Virus record (IMG/VR): IMGVR_UViG_3300011008_000125
DNA length: 47,741 nt
Origin: a virus
Direction: 5' to 3' (one strand)
Made by a program: the position numbers and the translations under genes. The notes beneath the pieces are model-generated. The model searched no databases. It had not been told where the DNA came from and saw nothing but the letters and a program-made list of their open reading frames with translations. Positions 1 to 8,508 of the stretch are shown here, piece after piece (positions within the stretch are counted from its first letter, which is position 1; each line of letters starts with the position of its first letter).

Positions 1-99
1 GCAAAGCCGTGGTCAGCCACATAAACGTGTTCAGTACGGTCACCGGCTGCGAACGTTGACGGGTTCTTGATGTTGATGCCGTCAACCCACTTCCAGATG
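1..99. repeat. Terminal direct repeat (copy 1), identical to 47643-47741
   Basis: Compared by eye: gcaaagccgtggtcagccacataaacgtg...cccacttccagatg occurs at both ends. A fixed-length overlap like this is typical of circular assembly closure. Confidence 0.9.
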
Positions 100-1553
100 T
101 TGCCCCACACGTTTTCTTCACCGCGATAGGAAACGGAAGTTTTGCCGTCTGCCGTTTCGGTTGTGGTTTCACCACCCTTTTCGTTGATGGTGGATGCAGC
201 GCGACCGGAAACATTGCCAAGTGAAGCCGTGGAACCGGTCAACGAAGAACAGTTGTAAGAACTGTTGTCCGTAATGGACACAACACCCTGACCAATAGCA
301 GACTGCATGTTCATGGTTCCGTATTCAACCATCATAAGCAGCTGTGAAGCGGAAAGCGTCTGAATGGTCTGCTGCTCCCAACCAGTACCACGGTTCTGTG
401 CAAGCTTGCGGAATCCGGCACGGGTTGCGCCCGTCTGTGACAGACCGGATGTGGGCTTTGCACCGGCAACAGACGCAAGTTTGTCACCCGTGGTGACCGT
501 GAAATCAACCGTCTGTGCGTCATCCAGCACATACGCGTCAGCGGACACGTCATAAGTGCATCCTTCATAAGCGGAAAGGTAAATCAGGTCATTTTCCTTG
601 CCGTTGCGGATGAACGCCGGATGAAGCTTGAACCCGGTTTCAGGCGTTTCACAGATGTAATAACGAAGCTTCCGCGCACAGTAACCCATGCCGTCACCTT
701 CATTGATTTCTTCCAGTTCCAGCGGAACAACCTTGTAATAGAACTTAGGCTGTTCAACCATGACCTGAACCGCCGTGCCAACCGCGTATTCAACGCCGTC
801 CACGGTAACGGCGGTTTCCAGCGCACCAGTTTCCGTGTAACCTTCATCACCGTAATACGCCACCACAACACCGCCGTCCGTCATGATGCAGCGCCGTCTG
901 CCGCCAAAGCAGTGAACCGCATCAAAGTCAGCACCGGCGGTTTTGCCGAATGCCCCACCAAGCCGGGTGAACCGCCGGTTGCTAAAATCGACTTCAAGAC
1001 CAAAGATGTGGGAATCGTTGTAGCCAATGAAGCCCTTGATGTCAGCAATATCAGCCTGTGCCGCTTCCATGTCCGTCTGTGTTGCGATCCCGGCGGCAGC
1101 TGTGTCAATGGTGACCGCTGTAGCGTTTGCCACCGTGATGGGTACACTGTAGGTGATGCTTGACGGGGTAATGCTGTTGTATGCCGGGAACCAGTCAGCT
1201 TTGTCTGTTTCCGTGACATAGATTGCATAAAGGAAATCCGTTCCGTCAGTCCACTTTGCGAACACACCAACTTCAGTGATGTAGAAACCGCCCGTTGTGT
1301 TGTTCTGGTTGGATGCCACAAGCGTCAGCTTTGTGGTTGCCGGATTCACGTATTCAGCGCGGGTGATAGCATACTCACCACGCTGTGACTTCAAAGCGGT
1401 TGCCGCCTGAAGCTGTGCCATAGTAGGCGCGGAACCCCAATCACCATTACCAATCTGGAATTTGGTGAACTGGATGTTGACCAAACCAGCCTGTGCATTT
1501 GCAATCAGCTGTAAGGCTTTAGTTGTTAATACACCCTGTTTAAATTCAGCCAT
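1..1553 (-). CDS. Tail fibre protein, DGR target (5' part; continues across the junction into 47315-47642; about 626 aa in total)
   Basis: Manual translation from the ATG at 1553 gives MAEFKQGVLTTKALQLIANAQAGLVNIQFTKFQIGNG... The frame stays open to base 1 and joins ...EHVYVADHGFADD of ORF 47315..47662. The unique length of 1881 nt equals 627 codons. The RBS AAGAAGGG lies upstream. The N-terminus is paralogous to 2896..4020. Confidence 0.85.
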   Translation of the reverse strand, partial: MAEFKQGVLTTKALQLIANAQAGLVNIQFTKFQIGNGDWGSAPTMAQLQAATALKSQRGEYAITRAEYVNPATTKLTLVASNQNNTTGGFYITEVGVFAKWTDGTDFLYAIYVTETDKADWFPAYNSITPSSITYSVPITVANATAVTIDTAAAGIATQTDMEAAQADIADIKGFIGYNDSHIFGLEVDFSNRRFTRLGGAFGKTAGADFDAVHCFGGRRRCIMTDGGVVVAYYGDEGYTETGALETAVTVDGVEYAVGTAVQVMVEQPKFYYKVVPLELEEINEGDGMGYCARKLRYYICETPETGFKLHPAFIRNGKENDLIYLSAYEGCTYDVSADAYVLDDAQTVDFTVTTGDKLASVAGAKPTSGLSQTGATRAGFRKLAQNRGTGWEQQTIQTLSASQLLMMVEYGTMNMQSAIGQGVVSITDNSSYNCSSLTGSTASLGNVSGRAASTINEKGGETTTETADGKTSVSYRGEENVWGNIWKWVDGINIKNPSTFAAGDRTEHVYVADHGF

Positions 1554-1571
1554 TGTTTTACCCTTCTTTCT

Positions 1572-1606
1572 TTTGAAATTCAAAACCCCGGTTGTTCACC
1601 GGGGTT
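1572..1606 (-). terminator. Rho-independent terminator between fibre gene 1615..2892 and the DGR-target fibre gene
   Basis: The 8-bp GC stem aaccccgg(1584-1591)/ccggggtt(1599-1606) is followed on the minus strand by TTTTGAATTT. Confidence 0.6.
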
Positions 1607-1614
1607 CAGTTACC

Positions 1615-2892
1615 TTAATAAACAATTACCGCCTGAATGCAACACATGGTTGCCGTTCCGCTTGTTGCAGTTGCCTTGACCTTAACCACCTGACCCTTTT
1701 TAGCCGTGAAGGATTTGTCAAACATGTTACTGCGCCAATAAAAATTTTCACCGCCGTTTCTGTGATCTTTTCTTGTACCGTCAAGAAAGATTTCAAGTGT
1801 TGCATTACCGGACGCGTTATAGAAAGCTGAAGCACCACCGTAATACACAATGCCGTCTTCCGGCATGGTAAAAGATGCTTCATTTGACGTTTCCGGTTCT
1901 GAACACCTGAAACCGTATGCAGCAAAAGCGCTAATACAAGCCTTTGTGCCGTAATAGGTTCCGGTCAGACCGGCAACGGTTTCACCCTTCTTCAGCTTTG
2001 CCGCCGTCAGTCCGATCACGCTTGCAACCGTGGATATGGCAACACCAATGATGTCTGATGCTGACCAAAAACCTTCAACCGGGTTCAGGATGCAAAGACG
2101 TTCTGTGTTGTCAGCGTTTTTCACGTCCCACACCCTTGCGTCACCGCTTGATGCTTTGGTTTGCTGGATGACCGCACGGGTGTCCGTACTGGTCAGCGTG
2201 GTCTTTTTACTTGCCGCCGCCTTTTTCATGGTTCCGGTGATCTTTTTACCCTTCACCCATGCAATTAGCCCGGTAATAATGTCCGCTGCCGTGGCTGTGC
2301 CGTCCGTCTGTGACGCAAGGTCTTTTGCCGTGATTTTTCCATCACCATAATAACCGTTGTTGATGGTATAGCTTTCACCGGCGGCAAGGGTCTGTGTGAC
2401 CTTTCCCCTGTTCGCCATAGATCCGGCAACACGTCCGTTCTTGTTGTAAGCAACCTTTCCGGTCAGGATCTGTGCCGCTGTCGCGTCACCGTCTGAACCA
2501 TAGGTTCCGGTTACGCCGCCAACACTCTTACCGTTTGCAATCCGTGCCGGTGTCAGTCCGATGTCTTCCGGCTGACACCCAACATAAGCGGATGCCGCTG
2601 ACGGGTTAGGATAAACACCGTGCGGAACCCGGAACGCAAGCTTCTGGTTGCCGTCCGTGTCCGTGGTGCTGCCGTCATAAATGGCTTGATGAATCGGAAC
2701 GTTTGGTCTGCTGGATGAATACCCCGGCGCACTGTACATGTTGGTCATGTCCGGCAGTGTTCCCGTTTCCGGGTCACCATCAGAATCATGACCAAGGAAT
2801 GTCAGTCCTTCAGGCACATCTGTTTTCTTTGCGGTCAGTTCCTCATAATCAACGGCATCACCGCCGCCGTAAAGAATATTTGCCCTTGCCAT
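1615..2892 (-). CDS. Tail fibre-like structural protein
   Basis: 425-aa ORF. It carries repeated motifs (DATAAQILTGKVAYNKNGRVAGSM, TATAADIITGLIAWVKGKKITGTM, LTAAKLKKGETVAGLTGTY, LTPARIANGKSVGGVTGTY) and lies between two fibre genes. Confidence 0.6.
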   Translation of the reverse strand: MARANILYGGGDAVDYEELTAKKTDVPEGLTFLGHDSDGDPETGTLPDMTNMYSAPGYSSSRPNVPIHQAIYDGSTTDTDGNQKLAFRVPHGVYPNPSAASAYVGCQPEDIGLTPARIANGKSVGGVTGTYGSDGDATAAQILTGKVAYNKNGRVAGSMANRGKVTQTLAAGESYTINNGYYGDGKITAKDLASQTDGTATAADIITGLIAWVKGKKITGTMKKAAASKKTTLTSTDTRAVIQQTKASSGDARVWDVKNADNTERLCILNPVEGFWSASDIIGVAISTVASVIGLTAAKLKKGETVAGLTGTYYGTKACISAFAAYGFRCSEPETSNEASFTMPEDGIVYYGGASAFYNASGNATLEIFLDGTRKDHRNGGENFYWRSNMFDKSFTAKKGQVVKVKATATSGTATMCCIQAVIVY

Positions 2893-2895
2893 GAC

Positions 2896-4020
2896 TTACA
2901 CCCCCGTGAAACCAAGACCAAAGCTGACCGCCGGTTTCTTACGCGGAATGGTCAGCACGATCTTACCGGCGGCAGTGTCCGCAACGCCGCGCCCACAAAA
3001 CAGGTTGGCGGCTTTCTTTTCCGCTTCAATGTTCGGAATGGTGGTTGCCTGTGTCACCGGGTAAACATTGATTTTGGTGTTTGCCGTCATACCGGAAACC
3101 GTGATTTCATTCTTAAACACGGTCACACCGTTCTGTGTTCCCTGTGTCCAGCCGGAAACAGGAACCGTCACCACCGTTTCATGAACAGCTTTTTCAACCG
3201 CAAGCATCCGGGTAACCAGCGCCGCAATGTTGTTTGCGTTTGTGGTAATCTGTGCCTGAAGCGTTTCAGATGCTTCCGCACCCAACGGCAGCTTGAAATA
3301 GCCCATTTCCCCGGTTCCGCTGTCAATCACCGTCCATACATAGATTTCAGAAGATGCCGTGTCAATGTAGACCGCACCCACGCGCCCGGTTTCCGGGAAA
3401 TCAGCCCGTGCCGCCGTGATAACGTTGCTGTCATCCCATTTATAGGCATAATCAGCCGCGCCGGTCTTAATCAGCATCTGACCGGCTGTACCGCCTGTCA
3501 GATGTTCCCGGATTGCATACACGATCTGACGCAAGGCAAGAAAGTCCGTTGCCGATACCACCGCACCATCATAGAAGATGGTGGTTCTGGAAGCGTTCGT
3601 GACTTCCACATAAATACGTTCCGTGATGGTACTGATGCCGCTGTTGTTTTCCGGCGGCATGTACATGGTGCTTGTTTCCGTGACAAGCAGAAGGTAAAGA
3701 ATTTCACCTTCATCCGGGTCATTGGCATACACACCAAGTTCATTCAGGTAATACAGCTGCGTCAGTCCACGGTTGTTCAGCACCGCCGTGATAACCGCAA
3801 CACTGTCATTACCTTCAATGGTTGCAAGGTCTGAAATCCCAAATTCCTGTTCTTCATGAATCAGCGCGTCATACTGTTCAAGGACTTCCGCGCTGATGTC
3901 TTCATGGAAGCCGGAACCGGTCTTGACCTTTGTAATGGTGATCCCGTCCCCGGTTGTTTCACATTTTGCAATCAGGGCTTGCCCCTTTTTTGTCAGCACA
4001 CCCTGTGTAAATATTGCCAT
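2896..4020 (-). CDS. Tail-collar fibre protein (DUF3751-like N-terminus)
   Basis: 374-aa ORF. The N-terminus MAIFTQGVLTKKGQALIAKCE..ITITKVKTGSG is paralogous to the DGR-target fibre N-terminus. It follows the baseplate genes. Confidence 0.65.
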   Translation of the reverse strand: MAIFTQGVLTKKGQALIAKCETTGDGITITKVKTGSGFHEDISAEVLEQYDALIHEEQEFGISDLATIEGNDSVAVITAVLNNRGLTQLYYLNELGVYANDPDEGEILYLLLVTETSTMYMPPENNSGISTITERIYVEVTNASRTTIFYDGAVVSATDFLALRQIVYAIREHLTGGTAGQMLIKTGAADYAYKWDDSNVITAARADFPETGRVGAVYIDTASSEIYVWTVIDSGTGEMGYFKLPLGAEASETLQAQITTNANNIAALVTRMLAVEKAVHETVVTVPVSGWTQGTQNGVTVFKNEITVSGMTANTKINVYPVTQATTIPNIEAEKKAANLFCGRGVADTAAGKIVLTIPRKKPAVSFGLGFTGV

Positions 4021-4039
4021 CTATTCACAACCCCCTTTC

Positions 4040-4849
4040 TTACATGTACAGTGTTGTGGTCATGCAGCATAAGATGCCGGTTGCAACGTAGGATTCCCGT
4101 GTTGTCAACGGTTCATCCCGGTTGCCACCTTCCGACAACACACAATGGTCATCCACACCGACACCAAACGCGACTGAAAGCGGCTGTTCCGGCAACGTGA
4201 CCGGCGTATCCCGTCCAAAGTTACCTTCACAGTTTTCATACACCTCACCCACGGACGCAACCAGTGCTTTGGGGTTAATGTACACGTCTTCTTCATCATG
4301 CACGTCATTGTCAATGTGCTGTTTTGCACCGACCGTGACCACGGTTCCGGCATAAACGATTGCGGCACAGACCTGTGTGATGATGTCATTGACCACATCA
4401 ATAACCATGTTGCACGGCGGCATTCCCAAAACAAGCTGTTTCAGATTGTCCACCTGACCATACCGTGACAGATGGGTTGTCAGACCAAGCCAATAATCTT
4501 CAAGCCGGGTCTTGTCAACGTCATACCCGTTTTCACTGCACAGGTCAGCAATCTTTGCCACAAATGCCCGGATGCTGTACGGCGTTGGATTCCACCAAAG
4601 GGCTTGAACCCTTGACCGCCGTGATTCCAAAGTATCCTGACTTGACGGCAGAATACCAATGATGTCTTCACGGCGGCTGATGCCGTATTCATCTGCATCT
4701 TCAATGAACTGGTTCTTCAGAAGACGGTCAACCTGTTCCCACAACAGTTTGAATTCCGGGTCTTCCGCTTTCAGCGTTTCTGCTATTTCCTTATATCCCT
4801 TTAAATACGGCGGTAAATAGGAATTAAGGTCAACTTCTCTTACACTCAT
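4040..4849 (-). CDS. Baseplate/tail protein, XkdU-like (gpI-like)
   Basis: 269-aa ORF directly downstream of the baseplate J-like gene with an ATGA-type overlap. Its position matches PBSX order. Confidence 0.55.
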   Translation of the reverse strand: MSVREVDLNSYLPPYLKGYKEIAETLKAEDPEFKLLWEQVDRLLKNQFIEDADEYGISRREDIIGILPSSQDTLESRRSRVQALWWNPTPYSIRAFVAKIADLCSENGYDVDKTRLEDYWLGLTTHLSRYGQVDNLKQLVLGMPPCNMVIDVVNDIITQVCAAIVYAGTVVTVGAKQHIDNDVHDEEDVYINPKALVASVGEVYENCEGNFGRDTPVTLPEQPLSVAFGVGVDDHCVLSEGGNRDEPLTTRESYVATGILCCMTTTLYM

Positions 4850-6051
4850 GTGGGTGTCACCGTACCAAGCACCGGCACTTCATCACGTCCCAAAGTCAGG
4901 TTTTCCGTGCTGCCGTTGATTGTGGTATCAGAAACATCAATGATGCCCGTAATGCCAAGAATCCGGTTTTCGATCTGTGCCACCCTGACAATGGTGTTGT
5001 CTTCATCAGCCCAGCTTTGACGCAAGGTCAGAAGATAAGCGGCAATGGCGTTTCTGACGGGATTTTCAAGGGTATCCCATGAATAGTCATTGCCGAACGT
5101 GATATGAACCGTGACGTTGATGCTGACCGATTCCACCGCCACCACATTGACCACGTGTCCGATGGGTGCAAGTCCAAGACCTTCACCGGCGTTCTGTTCC
5201 GGGTCAATGGCGGTCTGAACCGTGTCAACTAACGTGCTTGTTGGAACACTGAAATCAGATGCAATAATGGTCAGCTTAACCGTACCGCCAACGGTCAGCT
5301 TCTTATTCAGCGCGGCTGCATAGACCGTCTGAAGCCACGCTTTCACTTCCGGGTCAGCCACACCAACGATGTATGACGCATACCATGCTTGCACCGCACT
5401 GGAAGGTATCATGTCAGCCGGGTGTATGTCCGAATTCCAGACACGCGTAACCTTCACGTCACCAACGCCTGATATGGCTTTCACCTTGTTCTTGTAGTCC
5501 GTCAGGTTGCCGCCGAACGCCAAATCATTGAATGACGTGTAATACCGCGTTCTGAATTCTTCCGTATCTTCTTCATCTTCACCCGGAATCAGAACTTCCG
5601 TCAGCGTTGCCGTTTCCAGTCCGTCAATGTAATCAATCGGAACCAGTGAACCAAGGTACTGGTTGCCGACTTCACCCGGCGTTTCACACGTGACCTGATA
5701 AACGCCGTCAGAAATCTTTGCCGTGACCACAAAGTTCAGCTTGTCACGGTTGAAGCGCTTACCAAGCACATCAATGGTTGTAGGTGTGAATTCACCGCGT
5801 AACACGGCAGCTGATGCCGGATAAGGTGACAGACCGCGTTCTTTTGCCCTTTTAATCAGGTATTCACGGGATGCCGTATCACCAAAGGTTTCTTTATAAA
5901 TCTGATCCAGTTCTATGTACAAGACCTGAAATTCAATAGCCGTGGGTGAATGGGTGTCCCATATGACCGCGCCCGGTCTTTTGTCCAGCTTGTCAGATAC
6001 CCGGTCAAGCATCCGCTGCAATATCACGTCATATGTAGCTGATTCATACAT
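4846..6051 (-). CDS. Baseplate J-like protein (XkdT-like)
   Basis: 401-aa ORF whose size and position are typical of gpJ/XkdT. It is translationally coupled to its neighbours. Confidence 0.7.
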   Translation of the reverse strand: MYESATYDVILQRMLDRVSDKLDKRPGAVIWDTHSPTAIEFQVLYIELDQIYKETFGDTASREYLIKRAKERGLSPYPASAAVLRGEFTPTTIDVLGKRFNRDKLNFVVTAKISDGVYQVTCETPGEVGNQYLGSLVPIDYIDGLETATLTEVLIPGEDEEDTEEFRTRYYTSFNDLAFGGNLTDYKNKVKAISGVGDVKVTRVWNSDIHPADMIPSSAVQAWYASYIVGVADPEVKAWLQTVYAAALNKKLTVGGTVKLTIIASDFSVPTSTLVDTVQTAIDPEQNAGEGLGLAPIGHVVNVVAVESVSINVTVHITFGNDYSWDTLENPVRNAIAAYLLTLRQSWADEDNTIVRVAQIENRILGITGIIDVSDTTINGSTENLTLGRDEVPVLGTVTPT

Positions 6052-6458
6052 CAGATGTTCACCGTCCTTTCTTCCTCATAATCACCAAAGATGGTGTGAA
6101 CAGTGAACTTTGCCCTGACCACATGCCGCGTGGATGTGTCAAATTCAAAATCCGTCACTTCCGTGTTCCGGGTATCCGTAAGCAGCGCTTCCGTGATCCG
6201 GCGTTCAAGTTCCGGGCAGACATAGCTGACCGGTTCCCCGAACAGGTCATTGACTTCAAAGCCGTATGACCACGGATAGATGACGAATTCATAACGTTCA
6301 GTGTTCAAAATTTTATAGTTGGCTTGCCGCATAGCTTCAAGCCCGTCCGTGTAACCTTTCACCGAATCTTCATTCTGAATGTCCATCCGGTATGTTTTGG
6401 TTGGCTGTTCCGTGACCGTGAAATCCTGTTGAAGGAATCCGGCAGTTGAAGGAATCAT
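6051..6458 (-). CDS. Baseplate wedge protein, XkdS-like (gpW-like)
   Basis: 135-aa ORF assigned by synteny upstream of baseplate J. Confidence 0.55.
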   Translation of the reverse strand: MIPSTAGFLQQDFTVTEQPTKTYRMDIQNEDSVKGYTDGLEAMRQANYKILNTERYEFVIYPWSYGFEVNDLFGEPVSYVCPELERRITEALLTDTRNTEVTDFEFDTSTRHVVRAKFTVHTIFGDYEEERTVNI

Positions 6459-6826
6459 AACCCAACCACCCGGTCAACCACTATGAACCGCTGACCGCCC
6501 TGTTCACGAATCATCCAAACCTTGTCACCAACAGCCAACCCGTTGTTGATGGTCATGGTTTTGGTTCCCTGAACAGGATGGGTGTGACCGTCACCGCTGC
6601 CGGTCACCCAATCAATGGTGACGGACACCGCGTGACTTGTCACGTTCCGGGACAGAATCAGCTGACTTTTGCCCAAAGGCATTTGCTGTTCCGTGGTAAT
6701 GGTCAGCGGATTGGATGCCGTGACCGTACCAATCACCACGTTCACCGGTTTCCGGGCATCCATTGCATCACTTGCCGCCTTTTTGATTGCATTTACCAAT
6801 TCGTTTGCATCAGCCAACAAATTCAC
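6455..6826 (-). CDS. Baseplate spike/plug protein, XkdR-like
   Basis: 123-aa ORF assigned by synteny. Confidence 0.5.
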   Translation of the reverse strand: MNLLADANELVNAIKKAASDAMDARKPVNVVIGTVTASNPLTITTEQQMPLGKSQLILSRNVTSHAVSVTIDWVTGSGDGHTHPVQGTKTMTINNGLAVGDKVWMIREQGGQRFIVVDRVVGL

Positions 6827-7805
6827 CCCCTCTTAACGTCACATCCATCCAGTGTTCACCGTGGTTGAAGGTGTGTTTGACCTGTTCAACCAGCATGAAG
6901 TTCTGCAAGCTGACATCTTCAAGGTTCAGCTTCACAAGAACCAAGGAACCGCCCCTGACGCGGCAGTCACCAAACTGCTTTGTCAGTTTCAGCTTCCGGG
7001 TCTTCTGGTTGTACAGACTTAAAAGCGCGTCAGCTTTTGCCTGACCGTTTTCACCCTTCTTTATGGTGTCAAAATACTGTAGGATGCCCCATTTATTTAT
7101 GTTTGTACCGTCCTGTGTGATATATACGTCACGCTTTCCGGTTTGGTCATTGTCATAGGTCAGTTTGACCTTGTTGTATGTGTTGTCATCAATGGATGAT
7201 TCATAATCAAAGTTTTCACCCGTTTCTTCATCCATCATCAGGTATTGACCGGTTGCCGAATCCCCCACGCGCATGTTTTCAAGGCTTTTCAGGGTCAGCT
7301 TTCCAAAATCGTCATACAGCACATACATTTCTTTGTTGTTCTGCAACGTCATGTCCAGCGCGTTGCCGATCATGTCAAGCAGCGTGGTGTTTTCTTCCAC
7401 CCGTGAAGCAATGACATATTTGGTGTCTTCCAGCGTCCCAACCTGAAGGTTGAAGTCATCCGCAATCATCTGAATGAATTGCGCCGCCGTCTTTCCTTCA
7501 TACACATAAGTATCTTTGTTCTTCAGATACCGTATTTGGTCATAAGCCGTGATGGTAATGATTCCGTTTTTGTCATGCTTCTTTTTGAAGATGAAGCCAT
7601 AAAAGACCGGCGTACCATCAACGGTCAGCCTGACCGCGTTTCCTTCTTCACACTTCAGGATGCCGTCATTGACCGCCTTGAATGTCAGCTTTCCGGGTGA
7701 ACCTTTCCGGTACAGCGTCAGTTCAACGCCGTCCTGAACAGCCGGTTCATAAACCGTGCCGCCGGTATCACCAACGTCTGCCGGGGATATTAAAAGCTGA
7801 ATCAA
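6810..7805 (-). CDS. Baseplate hub protein, XkdQ / late control D-like
   Basis: 331-aa ORF between the LysM protein and the XkdR-like gene. Confidence 0.6.
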   Translation of the reverse strand: MIQLLISPADVGDTGGTVYEPAVQDGVELTLYRKGSPGKLTFKAVNDGILKCEEGNAVRLTVDGTPVFYGFIFKKKHDKNGIITITAYDQIRYLKNKDTYVYEGKTAAQFIQMIADDFNLQVGTLEDTKYVIASRVEENTTLLDMIGNALDMTLQNNKEMYVLYDDFGKLTLKSLENMRVGDSATGQYLMMDEETGENFDYESSIDDNTYNKVKLTYDNDQTGKRDVYITQDGTNINKWGILQYFDTIKKGENGQAKADALLSLYNQKTRKLKLTKQFGDCRVRGGSLVLVKLNLEDVSLQNFMLVEQVKHTFNHGEHWMDVTLRGGEFVG

Positions 7806-7818
7806 ACCAACACCCCCC

Positions 7819-8508
7819 TTATACTGCCGGGATGGTCAAGACCTGTCCCGGATAAATCAGGTTGGGGTTGCTGATCTGGTCACCGTTGGCGTTGAATATC
7901 TTTGGATACTCTGAACCGTTCCCATAAAACTGCTTTGCGATCTTCCACAAACAGTCACCCTTCTGAACCGTGTACGTTTGCGGCTGTGCGGGTGCCGGGG
8001 AATTGTCCGTTTCCCGTGTCGGTTCTTCCGCTGCAACCGTGGTGTCAGGTTCCGGCTGCTTGATGGTCACGGTCTTTGTGCCAAATGCCCGGTACTGTTT
8101 CAGCTTTACCTTGACTGTTACGTCATAACCTTCTTTTACGTCATCAATCACCGTCCAGTCTTCAACGCTGACCTTCAGATTGGTGTTGAACAGGTTCTTG
8201 CCGCCAACCGTCCGGCGGCAGATGATGAACTGAACCTTTCTTTTACCCTTCTTTGCCCTTTCCAGAAAATTCAGGAAGTAGGAAGCACCCACAAACCCGG
8301 ACTTGTAAACGGCAAAAGGATACCGGACTTGCGGTATCATGAATTCAAATTCAACTTCCGTAAGTCCGGCGGTTTTCAACAGGTTCACTTCACCTTCATT
8401 TATCAGGTTCAGCGTCTTGTTCTGGTTCTTGATCTTGACTTGAATTTTTTCAGGTGCAACCGGCAACAAGCACTTGCCAATGTACACATCATAGCCTGTT
8501 CTGCTCAT
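7819..8508 (-). CDS. LysM-domain tail protein (XkdP-like)
   Basis: The C-terminal LysM motif [49 protein letters not shown] is present. The gene lies immediately after the tape measure gene. Confidence 0.8.
   Translation of the reverse strand: MSRTGYDVYIGKCLLPVAPEKIQVKIKNQNKTLNLINEGEVNLLKTAGLTEVEFEFMIPQVRYPFAVYKSGFVGASYFLNFLERAKKGKRKVQFIICRRTVGGKNLFNTNLKVSVEDWTVIDDVKEGYDVTVKVKLKQYRAFGTKTVTIKQPEPDTTVAAEEPTRETDNSPAPAQPQTYTVQKGDCLWKIAKQFYGNGSEYPKIFNANGDQISNPNLIYPGQVLTIPAV

Noticed and set aside
1-99. True phage direct terminal repeat (DTR) rather than an assembly overlap
   Set aside because: This cannot be decided from sequence alone. The repeat falls in the middle of a coding sequence, has a round k-mer-like length of 99, and the phage has a PBSX-type headful terminase. 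An assembly closure artefact is therefore favoured.
2788-3834. Long plus-strand ORFs (2788-3834 at 348 aa, 7978-8715, 13232-13876, 20723-21505, 29031-30158 at 375 aa, 30424-31185, 43288-43779 and others)
   Set aside because: All lie antisense to minus-strand ORFs that carry clear family signatures (fibre, tape measure, sheath, portal, PolB, ATPase, endolysin). Their translations are Cys/Arg/His-rich and low in complexity, and they lack RBS context. They are shadow ORFs of a one-strand-biased genome.
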